Numbered from the stretch's first letter, positions 15,958 to 26,628 are shown. The stretch is DNA of 38,023 nucleotides from a virus (IMGVR_UViG_3300033067_000465:1-38023); one strand, 5' to 3'. Notes: generated by a model from the sequence alone, not told the origin. Numbers and translations are program-made.

Positions 15958-16230
15958 ATGAGTAAATATTTATTTGTTACTGTGTTACTATTGTGCTTTG
16001 ATGTTTTCGCACAGCAACCTATTCTTGTTGATCCAAACACAGGAAAATACTTGGGAAATTATAATTCCAATCCGTATGATCCGAATTCAATTTCAAATCC
16101 GTTTGGGCGCTACGGTAGTGTATACTCTCCTGATAGCATTAGAAATCCTTATGGAAGGTATGGTAATGTGTACCAAAACAGACAACCAAGTAATTTAAAT
16201 GCTGTTACTCCGTCAACTATGGCTTATTAG
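15958..16230 (+). CDS. Predicted exported protein with S-I-x-N-P-Y/F-G-R-Y-G repeats
   Basis: Signal peptide ending VFA; GKYLG...SISNPFGRYGS...SIRNPYGRYG. Confidence 0.75.
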   Translation: MSKYLFVTVLLLCFDVFAQQPILVDPNTGKYLGNYNSNPYDPNSISNPFGRYGSVYSPDSIRNPYGRYGNVYQNRQPSNLNAVTPSTMAY

Positions 16231-16238
16231 TTTGCAAA

Positions 16239-16532
16239 GTGCAAGAAACTGTTAAACAGAAGAAAAAACCAAGAGGCGCTAGTCGAAAAGGGAAGCCAAA
16301 TAAAGTTACGGCTGAACTCAAAGACATGATCCGTGGCGCTCTTGATGATGCTGGAGGCCAAGAGTATCTTGCGCTGCAAGCAATGGAAAACCCTTCTGCA
16401 TTTATGGGATTGATAGGAAAGATATTGCCAAAAGATGTAAACCTTGGCGGACAGCCTGATAATCCAATTAAGATAAGCGACGAAGAGCTTGATAGAAAAA
16501 TTAAAACAATTATCTCCAGAATTGAAAGCTGA
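16239..16532 (+). CDS. terS: Terminase small subunit
   Basis: RKGKPNKVTAELKDMI...NPSAFMGLIGKILP; directly upstream of TerL. Confidence 0.75.
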   Translation: MQETVKQKKKPRGASRKGKPNKVTAELKDMIRGALDDAGGQEYLALQAMENPSAFMGLIGKILPKDVNLGGQPDNPIKISDEELDRKIKTIISRIES

Positions 16533-17937
16533 GTTAATCGTACTGATTGACGAGAAACTTAGAAGAGAGCGTCTTTATGCTGCCAGGAATACATTTAAAA
16601 AAATGTATCATTGGCAGTTTCAATTTGTAGAAGCAACATCAAAATATTACGAGTCGTGTCTTTGTGCTGCTAATCAAATAGGTAAAACAATGACAGGAAC
16701 CGCTATTGATGCAATGCATTTGCTTGGTGATTATCCCGAAGACTGGCCGGGGTACAGGTTCGAGTTTGCGCCATTGTGTTGGGGTCTTGGTTATTCAATG
16801 GAAAAAACTCGTGATTTATTGCAGACAGCTTTATTTGGGGTTGTTGAAGATGGAAAATTATCTGGTGGATTGGTTCCAAAAGAACGGATAGTTTCTCGCG
16901 AAAGCGCAATTGGGACAACCAATGCAATGAGGACGGTGCGTGTAGAACATTCATCTGGCGAATTGTCTACAATGCAGTTTTGGTCATACTCTCAAGGTCA
17001 GCATGCGATTATGGGTGATATTGTCGACTGGTTCCATATTGATGAGGAGCCAAAAGACCAAAGCATAAGGCCTCAAGTTTTAACCAGGACTATTAACGGA
17101 GATAACGGCAGAGGCGGTAGAGGTATTTACACGTTCACTCCAGAAAATGGTCGTACAGAATTAGTTGTGCAGTTTATGGACAGCCCAAGCCCTGCGCAAT
17201 TTTTTATGCAGAAAGGATGGGACGATGCGCCTCACATGACCGCTGAAAAGAGAGAGCGTTTGATCCAGCAGTACCCTTTGCATCAGCGTGACATGCGTAC
17301 AAAAGGGATTCCGATGCTTGGGCATGGTCGAATATATGATCTTGGCGAGGAGTTTATAACGTGCGATCCATTTCATATCCCTGATCATTTCTTTGTTATA
17401 AACGGTATGGACTTTGGTTACGATCACCCACAAGCGCATATAAAGCTTGTTGAGGATCGTGATAATGATATGTTTTATGTTGTCAATGCATACAAGGCAA
17501 GCAAAGTAAGCGCTAATGATGCTTGGGGAGCGGTTAAATCTTGGTCTGATAATGTTCCAACGGCATGGCCGCATGATGGCCTGCAACACGAGAAAGCAAG
17601 GGATGATTCAAAACAGCTTAAAAGTCATTATGAGGACGCTGGATTTAAGATGCTGCATTCATTCTCGACATGGCCGGAGGGTGGAAACAGTGTTGAGACT
17701 GGATTATTTGAGATAAATGACTTGATGAGAAAAGGTAAGTTCAAAATATTTTCAGGATTGCGCCAGTTGCTCGATGAAGTATTGCAATATCATCGTGACG
17801 ATAAAGGCAAGATATCTAAAACAATGGATGATTTGCTTGATGCTGTGAGATATGCTTACATGATGCGTAGATTTGCTGTTAGAATTGGTGATATTGGTGT
17901 AAAATCCAAGCCAATTAAGTTTAAAGCATGGGGATAA
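16489..17937 (+). CDS. terL: Terminase large subunit, P22-like (headful)
   Basis: AANQIGKT Walker A, HIDEEP Walker B, YTFTPENG, GMDFGYDHP and DDLLDAVRY nuclease motifs. Confidence 0.95.
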   Translation: MIEKLKQLSPELKAELIVLIDEKLRRERLYAARNTFKKMYHWQFQFVEATSKYYESCLCAANQIGKTMTGTAIDAMHLLGDYPEDWPGYRFEFAPLCWGLGYSMEKTRDLLQTALFGVVEDGKLSGGLVPKERIVSRESAIGTTNAMRTVRVEHSSGELSTMQFWSYSQGQHAIMGDIVDWFHIDEEPKDQSIRPQVLTRTINGDNGRGGRGIYTFTPENGRTELVVQFMDSPSPAQFFMQKGWDDAPHMTAEKRERLIQQYPLHQRDMRTKGIPMLGHGRIYDLGEEFITCDPFHIPDHFFVINGMDFGYDHPQAHIKLVEDRDNDMFYVVNAYKASKVSANDAWGAVKSWSDNVPTAWPHDGLQHEKARDDSKQLKSHYEDAGFKMLHSFSTWPEGGNSVETGLFEINDLMRKGKFKIFSGLRQLLDEVLQYHRDDKGKISKTMDDLLDAVRYAYMMRRFAVRIGDIGVKSKPIKFKAWG

Positions 17938-20051
17938 TGAGCGATTACTCGGATCACGCGCACGTTTTAAAGTGCTTGAAAGAATCTCAAGACGCAGATA
18001 AAGACAATCGCGACGCTGCTCGCGAGGCTCATTTGTTTATTGATAAGCGTGACGGGCAGTGGGAACCGTATTGGTGGAATGCTAACGAGGGCAAGCCGCG
18101 ATACACATTTGATATGACCGGGCCAGTTGTCGATGCTGTATCTGGAGAGATGGAGCGATCAGACTTTGGCGTGTCAATAACGCCAGCTGGCGGGGCATCT
18201 TCTAAAGAAGATGCCAAGCTGTTTGGCGGAATAATTCGCAGCATTGAAGATCAGTCTGGGGCTATCGATATATACAACATGGCTGCCAGAAATATGGCAA
18301 CATCAGGGATTGATGGATGGATGGCTGTTCAGAAGTTTCAAGACTGCGATAGTTTCGAGCAGGATCTTGCTATTGTTCCGATAGCTAACTTTATTGATTC
18401 GGTATGGTTTGGACCATTCAAAAAACCTGATGCTTCGGACGCTGAATGGTGTGTGGTTCTGGAGGCCATAGATAAAGAAAAATATAAAGAAAATTATGGA
18501 AATGAAATGTCATGCATTTCTGTTGGTGATGGCAGAGCATCCCAGGCATATTATGACAAGACGGATCAGGTAATCATAGGTAATATATTTTATATCGAGT
18601 ATGAGCCAAGAACTCTGCTGTTAATGCAGTCTGGTAAGGTGCTGGATGAAGAAGATAATAAAGACATTATCGATGATCTTATTGCTGCTGGAGACTCTAT
18701 CGCAAAGACACGCAAACGCAATGAAGCGACTGTGTACTCAAGGTTATTTGACGGCAAAGAATGGCTTAACGATCCGCAAGAAACGGTTTTTAGTGAAATA
18801 CCTGTGGTGCCGGAATTCGCTAATTTCAAGATATTTGAAAACAAGGTAATCTATCGAGGCATAGTTGAGAAATTGATGGATTCTCAACGTGTTTTTAATT
18901 ACATCAAATCACGCGAAATTGAAGAGGCTGCGCTTGCTCCAAGGGCTAAATACTGGCTGACGCAAGCACAAACTGCAGGACATGAGGATACGATAGCAAC
19001 GCTAAACACTAACGCTGACCCAGTGCAGCATTTTAATCCTGATCCAGCGAACCCAGGCCCCCCACAACAATCTGGCGGTGCTTCGGTTAATCCAGGCCTT
19101 GCAACGCTATCAGCAGATATGCGTGCTGCACACCAACAATCCGCAAGCCTGTACGCCGCAAGCATGGGGGATAATCCAGGTCTGCAATCAGGTGTTGCTA
19201 TTAAGAGACTGCAAGACAAAGGCGATGTTGGAACAATAAAATACTTCCGCGCTCATGAGCGCGCTATTGCACGCACAGCAAGAATTTTGGTAAACACAAT
19301 ACCTAAGGTTTACAGTACCGAGAGAGAAATGCGAATACTTGGTCAAGACGGAAGCGCTGATATTCGGACCATTAACCAACCGCTGTTTGATCAGCAGACA
19401 AAAAAAATGGTAACTGTTAATGATTTGTCAAAAGGAAAGTTCAGTGTTTCATGCTCCTCTGGCCCTTCATTCCAAAGCAGGCAGCAAGAAACTGTTGCTG
19501 CTATAACTGAGATTGCTATGGTTGATCCATCAGTGATACAGATGGGCAGTGACATTCTTTTCAATAATCTATCGTCTCCAGGAATGGATTTAATAGCTCA
19601 AAGAAAACGCCAGCAGTTATTCCAGGCTGGAGTAATACCGGTAGAGCAGATGACGGATGAAGAAAAGCAGAAAATGCAACAAATGCAATCTCAGCCACAA
19701 CAGCCAGATCCAGCCACGTTATTAGCCCAAGCAGAGATTAACAAGGCGCAAGCGCAAGCAGCCAAAGTAAATGTGGATGCACAGGTAGCGCAACGCAGAG
19801 AGGATAGGGCTGATGTTGTTGCTAATGCAGAAATAAATCAAAATCAGCAGAAAATTGATATGGATAAAATGTTTAAGATGTTCGAGAGACAACTTGAGCA
19901 ACAAAAAGCTATCATTGATACTCAAAACACTTTAGCGGCAACATTGAAAACCATTAAAGAAGCAACCGGGATAGATAAAATAATTGGCCCAGGAAATGCG
20001 GAGGCATACAGCAAAGCAACCGGATTGCTTAACGAATCTTTGGATATGTAA
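17937..20051 (+). CDS. Portal protein, P22 gp1-like
   Basis: ~700 aa, GQW...GKPRYTFD, SGVAI..LQ, GPSFQSRQQE, Q-rich C-terminal barrel; follows TerL. Confidence 0.92.
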   Translation: MSDYSDHAHVLKCLKESQDADKDNRDAAREAHLFIDKRDGQWEPYWWNANEGKPRYTFDMTGPVVDAVSGEMERSDFGVSITPAGGASSKEDAKLFGGIIRSIEDQSGAIDIYNMAARNMATSGIDGWMAVQKFQDCDSFEQDLAIVPIANFIDSVWFGPFKKPDASDAEWCVVLEAIDKEKYKENYGNEMSCISVGDGRASQAYYDKTDQVIIGNIFYIEYEPRTLLLMQSGKVLDEEDNKDIIDDLIAAGDSIAKTRKRNEATVYSRLFDGKEWLNDPQETVFSEIPVVPEFANFKIFENKVIYRGIVEKLMDSQRVFNYIKSREIEEAALAPRAKYWLTQAQTAGHEDTIATLNTNADPVQHFNPDPANPGPPQQSGGASVNPGLATLSADMRAAHQQSASLYAASMGDNPGLQSGVAIKRLQDKGDVGTIKYFRAHERAIARTARILVNTIPKVYSTEREMRILGQDGSADIRTINQPLFDQQTKKMVTVNDLSKGKFSVSCSSGPSFQSRQQETVAAITEIAMVDPSVIQMGSDILFNNLSSPGMDLIAQRKRQQLFQAGVIPVEQMTDEEKQKMQQMQSQPQQPDPATLLAQAEINKAQAQAAKVNVDAQVAQRREDRADVVANAEINQNQQKIDMDKMFKMFERQLEQQKAIIDTQNTLAATLKTIKEATGIDKIIGPGNAEAYSKATGLLNESLDM

Positions 20052-20098
20052 TAAACCGCACGTGACGGTATCACGGCATCCTTTATAAAGGCTTAAAC

Positions 20099-20878
20099 AT
20101 GCCACAAGAAAACCTGCAAGAGATCGATGGCGAGTTGATCAAGAGTCCAGAAATGGATACAGAAGAATCAGAAACTTCGGAAGGCGCTGAAACTGTAAAT
20201 GATAATTCAGCCGACCAGGAAAAAGATCCCGCTGGTTTTACCAAAAGGATGAATCAGAAGCATTTTGAATTGATGGAACAGAAGCGATTGAGAGAGGCTG
20301 CGGAAGCAGAGGTAATCAGCCTTAAGTCTATGCTTCCAAACGTTCAAAAGCCTGTGATACCTGATCTGCCAGATCCTTACGATGAAGATTATGATGCAAG
20401 GATCAAGCAGAGGGATGAAGCCATCAAGAATGCGGCGATTTACGAGGCAAACGAGGAAATACGGAATAATCAGATACAGTCTCAGCACAAAGCAGAGCAA
20501 GAAAGAAAAAATAATGATTTGGTGAAAAGCGTTGAAACGTATTCTGGTAGAGCTAAAGAACTTGGCATATCAGAAAATGAACTTGCTGTTGCAGGAAAAG
20601 CGATTGCGGCTTATGGGATGCTGGATGATGTTGCGGCCTTTATCTTAGGTGATGATAAAGGTCCGGCAATTACTACATTCTTAGCTCGCAATCCGGCTGA
20701 ACTTGAGGTAATAAGTAAACTAAGCCCGATGCAGGCAGCAGTTCATATAAACAATGTGATTAAGCCAAAATTGCAATTAAAAAACAAAATTAGCGCAATA
20801 CCGGAACCAGCTGATACTTTAAGCGGCGGCGGAGTTAAGAAGTCAGGTCGGGGCCCAAAAGGCGCTAAATACGAATAA
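20099..20878 (+). CDS. Scaffolding protein
   Basis: Acidic N-terminus, coiled coil, P.PDPY, DKGPAI..FLA.NP; between portal and coat. Confidence 0.85.
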   Translation: MPQENLQEIDGELIKSPEMDTEESETSEGAETVNDNSADQEKDPAGFTKRMNQKHFELMEQKRLREAAEAEVISLKSMLPNVQKPVIPDLPDPYDEDYDARIKQRDEAIKNAAIYEANEEIRNNQIQSQHKAEQERKNNDLVKSVETYSGRAKELGISENELAVAGKAIAAYGMLDDVAAFILGDDKGPAITTFLARNPAELEVISKLSPMQAAVHINNVIKPKLQLKNKISAIPEPADTLSGGGVKKSGRGPKGAKYE

Positions 20879-20892
20879 GGATTTAAAGCAAA

Positions 20893-22170
20893 ATGGCAAA
20901 TAGTTATGATAGTAATATAACGCGGGTTCTGGCTCCTGTGCTTTTGGAGAAGTTTGAATCCGCTCGGGTACATTCAAAAAATGTAAACACTCAGCTACTG
21001 GAGGGTAGATTCAATCCGTCCTCTGGTGATACTGTAGATTTTAAACGTCCAACCGACTACAAATCGACACGCACATCTGACGGAGATATGACAGGGGTGT
21101 CAAGTGATATAATAACCGGGAAAGCTTCCGGTGTTGTGCAAAATTATTTCACGGTTTTTACCACGTTTAAAGAAGCCGACCAAGCCATCAAAATGGATCG
21201 TTTGGATCAATTGCTGGCACCAATAGCGACAAGGCTGGTTACTGATCTTGAGCTTGATTTCTCCAATTTTATGGTCACGCGAGCAGGTCTTGTGGCTGGT
21301 ACTGTAGGTACTGCTGCGACCACATGGGATCATGTTGCTCTTGCTGGCGCAACTATGCAAGCTCATGGCGTGCCGATGGACTCTCCTTGGTATTACACTG
21401 TTAATCCGTATACTCAACGCAAATTGGCAGGCATTCAACGCGCTTTGGGGGCTGGTGGAACTGCCGGCGAATTGATTACTGAAGCGCATCAAAAAAGCAC
21501 TATCTCGAGTATGTTCGCTGGTTTTGATCGGGTGATGACGGCAACAACATTACCACGGTACACAACTGACGCAGCAAGTGACCGTGCAGGTACTTTGACA
21601 GCCACTCCAACAGCTACTTATCTTGGCGCAAAAGACTCAATGACCATGAGTATTGCTGTTACAGCCATGGGTGCCAATGCCGTCGTAGCTGCTGGCGAGG
21701 TAATCCAGATTGCCGGTCGTTACCGCACCAATTTGTCTACACGCAGACAAATCCTTGATGACACTGGAGCATCAATACTGTTTACAGGTGTTGTTACAGC
21801 CCCCGTGACTTTGGGTGCCAGCGGAGAGGGAACTCTTGTTATCTCTGGGCCCGCAATCTATGAGGCAACTGGAGCATACAATACGGTGGCTTCTGCCGCC
21901 GCGTCTGGTGATGTGGTTACTCGACTTGGTGCGGCAGGGGCAACTTTGCAGCCAAATCTCTTTTGGCACAAGGAAGCGTTTGCTATTGGTTCTGTTCCGT
22001 TGGAAAAACTGTATGCCACAGACACGATTGCAACGACCGAAGATGGCCTGCAGCTTCGTATCTCGAAATTTTCCGATGGCACGAAAAATACTCAAATGAT
22101 TCGGTATGATTTTCGTCCAGCTTATGCTTGCCTGAATCCCTTCTTTGCTGGTCAGGGATGGGGTAGCTAA
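20893..22170 (+). CDS. Major capsid protein, P22 gp5-like
   Basis: 425 aa, MAN..., GDTVDFKRPTDY, NLFWHKEAF, RYDFRPAYACLNP. Confidence 0.93.
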   Translation: MANSYDSNITRVLAPVLLEKFESARVHSKNVNTQLLEGRFNPSSGDTVDFKRPTDYKSTRTSDGDMTGVSSDIITGKASGVVQNYFTVFTTFKEADQAIKMDRLDQLLAPIATRLVTDLELDFSNFMVTRAGLVAGTVGTAATTWDHVALAGATMQAHGVPMDSPWYYTVNPYTQRKLAGIQRALGAGGTAGELITEAHQKSTISSMFAGFDRVMTATTLPRYTTDAASDRAGTLTATPTATYLGAKDSMTMSIAVTAMGANAVVAAGEVIQIAGRYRTNLSTRRQILDDTGASILFTGVVTAPVTLGASGEGTLVISGPAIYEATGAYNTVASAAASGDVVTRLGAAGATLQPNLFWHKEAFAIGSVPLEKLYATDTIATTEDGLQLRISKFSDGTKNTQMIRYDFRPAYACLNPFFAGQGWGS

Positions 22171-22176
22171 TATCAA

Positions 22177-22203
22177 GCGGGGCTTCGGCCCCGTATTAAC
22201 TTT
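22177..22203 (+). terminator. Hairpin / weak terminator after the coat gene
   Basis: GCGGGGC-TTCG-GCCCCGT (cUUCGg loop) with an imperfect U tail. Confidence 0.7.
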
Positions 22204-22211
22204 ATGGAGCA

Positions 22212-22400
22212 ATGAATATGATCAAATGGATAAAGAAGAATGGAACTGAAGTTGTTACTAACGATTTGCAAGCGAACATAGAAGCCGCGGTTAGTCTAGG
22301 GTGGACGCGCAAAGAAGAACCAAAGAAAGAAGAACCAAAGAAAGAAGAACCAAAGAAAGAAGAACCAAAGAAAGAAGAACCAAAGAAAGAGATTAAATAA
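22212..22400 (+). CDS. Small capsid-adjacent protein with (KEEPK)5 tail
   Basis: GGAG RBS; AVSLGW followed by a repeat tail. Confidence 0.75.
   Translation: MNMIKWIKKNGTEVVTNDLQANIEAAVSLGWTRKEEPKKEEPKKEEPKKEEPKKEEPKKEIK
22311..22390 (+). repeat. Perfect 15-bp tandem repeat, 5.3 copies
   Basis: AAAGAAGAACCAAAG repeated. Confidence 0.97.
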
Positions 22401-22873
22401 TGGCAACAGTTTACCAAGTTGCCAAAGCGTCGCTTCAAAGGATCTTGGTGCAAGGATCTAATGCTGATTTACAAGCCGATGAGTATCAGGATTACATCTT
22501 TGCCCTGAATAATTACATGTTAGCGCTTGATGCTGATGGTATATCTCTAGGGTATACTGTCGTATCGGATCTTGGTGATACTGTTACAGTTCCTACAGGA
22601 GCTTTGCGCGGAATTATCGCAAACATGGCGATTGAGGTGGCCCCTGATTACAGTGGTGTTATAACTACTGGATTACAGATTGCGGCGGCTGAGGGACTGG
22701 CAACCATGCGAAAACTTGGGCAAATAAATATACAAACTGAGTATCCATCCACTTTGCCTAGAGGATCTGGAAACATGCCTAATAGTAGATATTCTAATTT
22801 TTATCCTGATTTGGAAGCTGATATACTTGCAGAAACAACCGGATCAATCGGACTGGAGACAGGTACACCATAA
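22400..22873 (+). CDS. Head-to-tail adaptor, P22 gp4-like
   Basis: GISLGY...NMAIEVAPDY...LPRGSGN signature. Confidence 0.88.
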   Translation: MATVYQVAKASLQRILVQGSNADLQADEYQDYIFALNNYMLALDADGISLGYTVVSDLGDTVTVPTGALRGIIANMAIEVAPDYSGVITTGLQIAAAEGLATMRKLGQINIQTEYPSTLPRGSGNMPNSRYSNFYPDLEADILAETTGSIGLETGTP

Positions 22874-24456
22874 TGACAAATCAGGCTAGTGGAAGAAAAA
22901 TAAGTGAATTTCCGGCAGGAACTTCGCTTCCGTCTGATGCTGTTCTTAATTTCGTAAGCTCTGGCATTAATTATCAAATACCATTATCAAGCTTTCAGTC
23001 ATCGTTAGGTGTAACCGGGACAATAGTTCAGGATGGGTCTGTAACAGCAATTCCGATTCTTGACACTCAAGGGTCGGTAAATAACATTAGGAATATAGAG
23101 CCTGGATCCGGAATATCAGCATCAATCTCAGCTGAGAATGGAGTCACTATTGAGCATAACTTCCAGGCCGGTGCTGGCGGTGAGCCTATATTTGTAAATC
23201 TATCTTCTGCCAGCCCGCAAATAGGAAATATCATTGCTGGCGCTAATATCTCGGTTGCTACGGTTGCTGGTGGTGTGCAGGTTACAGCTTCAAGTTCACC
23301 AATCCCGTCTACTGCCGTGATAGTAAGTTCTATGTCTGATTTTCCAGAAGCGGTTGCTGGTGTTATAACTTTGCCAGCAAACACTTATTACATGCTGATG
23401 GCCGATGTAAGCACGGTTAACCGGTTTGATGTAAGCGCCGGTGGTATATCAATACAGTCGATAAACAATGCTTATCCTGCAAAAATGACATATACCGGGT
23501 CTGGTGATATGTTCACCGGATCTGGTGTAAGTTTCGTGCTTTCAAATATCAAATTGTCTGCCACATCAGGACAGGTTTTTAATATGACTGATAGCGCAGG
23601 GCTTGCGCTGTTTAGTTTATCTAATGTTGTGATAGATAGTTGCAATAAACTTGGAGTTATTGCTGGCAGCAGCTTTGGTGAAATTCGTATAAGTACTCTA
23701 TATGCGAATAGCGTTATTACAGACGGATTTAACTTTGGTAGCGCAACAGTTGTAAAGTTTTCTGCGAAAGATGTTGTGGCAACGGTTGCTGCTGGAGTTC
23801 TGTTTAAACTCGGAACCGCAGTATTCAGTGATTTTACGCTGAATCGCGCCAGGGTTGATCTTTCTGGCGGAGTATCGCTATTGTCAGGTGCCGCGGCATC
23901 CGCAAACATATCCTCGGGGAGTCTTGGCACGGTTATAAATTGCAAGACAACGGGCGCCGGAACTCCTTTATCGACAATCGCCGTTACCGATAACCGATGG
24001 CAGTTTATGGCCAATAGCAAGATACAGGATACGCGCCCAAGCGGTTTGATATCCTTAAATGGCAACGCCGCAGCAACAACAATTTCTGTTGCAGGAACTG
24101 CTGTAAAAGCTAACGGTAACAATGCTTGGGCGAATAAAGGAACCTCCCAATTCACCGCTGCTGTTGATGGGAAATTGACGTACACTGGTGAGAAGGCAGC
24201 AATAATGTCAATCTCAATAACCGCATCAATAAGCCCGTCATCTGCAACAAAATCAGTTAGCGGTTATATTGCTGTTAACGGAGCTATTATTTCCGAAACA
24301 AAATCAACAGCATCTGACGTTAGCACCATAACTACTATTTACAATATGATCTGGAACAGAACATTTGCGACTAATGATTACATTGAGTTTTGGGTTGCTG
24401 ATAATACTGACACAACAGGAGTGGTTGTTGTTGATGCGGTAATAAGGATAGCCTAA
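22873..24456 (+). CDS. Virion structural protein (fiber/spike-like, beta-rich)
   Basis: KISEFP N-terminus typical of fibers; S/G/T/V-rich; between gp4 and gp10. Confidence 0.65.
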   Translation: MTNQASGRKISEFPAGTSLPSDAVLNFVSSGINYQIPLSSFQSSLGVTGTIVQDGSVTAIPILDTQGSVNNIRNIEPGSGISASISAENGVTIEHNFQAGAGGEPIFVNLSSASPQIGNIIAGANISVATVAGGVQVTASSSPIPSTAVIVSSMSDFPEAVAGVITLPANTYYMLMADVSTVNRFDVSAGGISIQSINNAYPAKMTYTGSGDMFTGSGVSFVLSNIKLSATSGQVFNMTDSAGLALFSLSNVVIDSCNKLGVIAGSSFGEIRISTLYANSVITDGFNFGSATVVKFSAKDVVATVAAGVLFKLGTAVFSDFTLNRARVDLSGGVSLLSGAAASANISSGSLGTVINCKTTGAGTPLSTIAVTDNRWQFMANSKIQDTRPSGLISLNGNAAATTISVAGTAVKANGNNAWANKGTSQFTAAVDGKLTYTGEKAAIMSISITASISPSSATKSVSGYIAVNGAIISETKSTASDVSTITTIYNMIWNRTFATNDYIEFWVADNTDTTGVVVVDAVIRIA

Positions 24457-24457
24457 A

Positions 24458-25906
24458 ATGACTGTTACTACGCTTCCGATTGCTAACGGATTTTATATAA
24501 GCGACAGCTTACCGCTATCTGCTCAGCAGTGCGTGAATTGGTATCCTAACGTTGAAAATGCAGAAGTTCTAAACAAAGAAACTCTAATCGGAATTCCAGG
24601 TATTGAACAGTTGGCTACATCTGGCCTGTACAATCAAAAGAACCGAGGCTCACATGTGATGTCTGGAGTGCCGTATTTTGTAAACGGTAATAGCTTATAC
24701 AGACTTGAGGATGATCTTTCAACTCTAACATTAATTGGTGCGATATCTGGAAGTGGAAGGGTATCGATTGCAGACAACGGTCATCAAATGTGTATTGTTG
24801 TTCCAGGCTTGGTCAGCTCAGGATATATTTACACGGAGTCAACAGATACTCTTGAAGAAATAACCGATCTTGATTTTAAAGCAAATGGCCAGCCTCAAAT
24901 AGTTGTTTATATCGATGGGTATTTTCTGTTTTCAACAGACAGCAAGAAATTTATTGTGTCATCGCTTAATGACGGGTTGTCATACAACGCTCTTGATTTC
25001 GGCAGTGCAGAATCAGATCCAGATGATATCGTTTCGCCTTTTGTTTTCAACAATCAGTTATATATTTTTGGGTCTCAAACAATTGAAGCGTACCAAAATA
25101 TCGGCAGCGCAGACTTCCCTTTTCAAAGGTCAGGTTTATTTATCCAAAAAGGATTAAGTTCAAAGTTTGGAGTTACCAGTTCAAGCAACTCATTTATTTT
25201 CATTGGCGCCGGAAAGAGAGAATATCCAGCAATATGGAGACTGAATGGTAATTCGGTGGAGAAGATATCAACAACTGCTATCGATACGCTTTTAAGCGGA
25301 CTTTCCGCTGCTGATGTGAGTAATATTTTTACCTTGACATATGCTCAGAAGGGAGCATATTTTGTAGGCTTCTCGTTGCCGGAAACCACAATAGTCTACG
25401 ACGAAGCATCAGGAAGATGGCACGAAAGAAAGTCAAGGTCAACTGACGGGTTCGGTGTACCAAAGAATATAACTTATAGGGTGAATTCTATTGAGAATGC
25501 ATACGGTAAAGTTTTGGTTTCTGATACTTTGGATGGCCGGGTAGGATATCTTGATTCAAACGTTCACACTGAATATAACAACAATATTGTGAGAGTGATA
25601 GCTACCCAGCCATTTCAAAACAACATGCGTCCAATGTTTATACCAATGATTGAGTTAACCGTGGAGTCTGGAGTAGGAAACTCAGATACGATTGATCCGA
25701 TTATTGAAATGGAGATAAGCAAAGACGGTGGGAAAACGTGGTTTTGTCAAACCTCCAGAGCAATTGGTAAAATAGGCGAATACAGCAAGAGAGCAATCTG
25801 GAGAAGGAATGGCAGAATAGAAAGATTCTTTGTTTTGAGATTTACTCTATCAGACCCAGTAAAGCCTGTTATACTACAGCTTACGGCTGACATTATCGGT
25901 GTATAA
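24458..25906 (+). CDS. Tail hub / DNA stabilization protein, P22 gp10-like
   Basis: 482 aa, YIDGYF, AESDPD, FGSQTIE, SKDGGKTW, IGEYSKRAIWRRNG. Confidence 0.92.
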   Translation: MTVTTLPIANGFYISDSLPLSAQQCVNWYPNVENAEVLNKETLIGIPGIEQLATSGLYNQKNRGSHVMSGVPYFVNGNSLYRLEDDLSTLTLIGAISGSGRVSIADNGHQMCIVVPGLVSSGYIYTESTDTLEEITDLDFKANGQPQIVVYIDGYFLFSTDSKKFIVSSLNDGLSYNALDFGSAESDPDDIVSPFVFNNQLYIFGSQTIEAYQNIGSADFPFQRSGLFIQKGLSSKFGVTSSSNSFIFIGAGKREYPAIWRLNGNSVEKISTTAIDTLLSGLSAADVSNIFTLTYAQKGAYFVGFSLPETTIVYDEASGRWHERKSRSTDGFGVPKNITYRVNSIENAYGKVLVSDTLDGRVGYLDSNVHTEYNNNIVRVIATQPFQNNMRPMFIPMIELTVESGVGNSDTIDPIIEMEISKDGGKTWFCQTSRAIGKIGEYSKRAIWRRNGRIERFFVLRFTLSDPVKPVILQLTADIIGV

Positions 25907-26167
25907 ATGCCACAAAATCAAATAAAACTCAATGTTGGGTTGCCCATAATAAATGGCGATGGCACGGTTTCTCCTCATTTTCAAAGATATCTGCTACAGC
26001 TACAAAATAGCGTAAATATTGTTTCAACCGGATCTCCCGAGGCAGTAATTGAGGCTCCGCAATACTGCGTTTATGTTGATGAAACAATCCCGGCAACTCC
26101 GGTAATTTACAGAAAGATGCTCCCAGACATAGGTGGGGACAGGAAAAAAGGATGGGTTGTTGTATGA
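25907..26167 (+). CDS. Small tail protein at the gp26 position
   Basis: TGSPEAVIEA...YVD...YRK...GW tail-type motif. Confidence 0.65.
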   Translation: MPQNQIKLNVGLPIINGDGTVSPHFQRYLLQLQNSVNIVSTGSPEAVIEAPQYCVYVDETIPATPVIYRKMLPDIGGDRKKGWVVV

Positions 26168-26628
26168 TAACTTGCGATAGAACATATGACGTAAACGTAA
26201 TAAAGTCAGTGATATTTAATCCTGTGATATGGGATTGTATTGCCGAGGACGGAGACCATACTCAAGAAGGATTCGTCGTCGATACAATTAGTGAGTGCTG
26301 GCTTGAAATAAAGAATGATGACTTAGTGGTTGCGATATATAACCTGCATACACTTAACAGCGTTACATTACAGATACATGCTCATGTGTTACCGCAATAC
26401 CGCAAAGAGTTTAGCAGAGAATCCGGCCTAGCTGCTCTAAAATGGATTGTAGACAATACTGATTATCAAAAGATTGTGGCAATAATTCCATCAATTTACG
26501 ACAACGTGAAAAAGTTCACCGAATCATTTGGGTTCATTGTTGAAGGCATTAATCGATTGAGTTATAAAAAGAATGGAAATTTGGTTGATCAGTGGATGAT
26601 GGGAGCTACTAGGAGCGAAATAGAATGA
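26164..26628 (+). CDS. GNAT-fold protein, P22 gp14/DUF2824-like
   Basis: IHAHVLPQYR...FGFIVEG; position before the ejection genes. Confidence 0.8.
   Translation: MITCDRTYDVNVIKSVIFNPVIWDCIAEDGDHTQEGFVVDTISECWLEIKNDDLVVAIYNLHTLNSVTLQIHAHVLPQYRKEFSRESGLAALKWIVDNTDYQKIVAIIPSIYDNVKKFTESFGFIVEGINRLSYKKNGNLVDQWMMGATRSEIE

Noticed and set aside
20052-20098. Hairpin CGTGA/TCACG before the scaffold gene as an autoregulatory site
   Set aside because: A 5-bp stem is too weak to support beyond analogy with P22
23067-24185. Long minus-strand ORFs inside the 527-aa structural gene
   Set aside because: Antisense shadows without RBS or motifs
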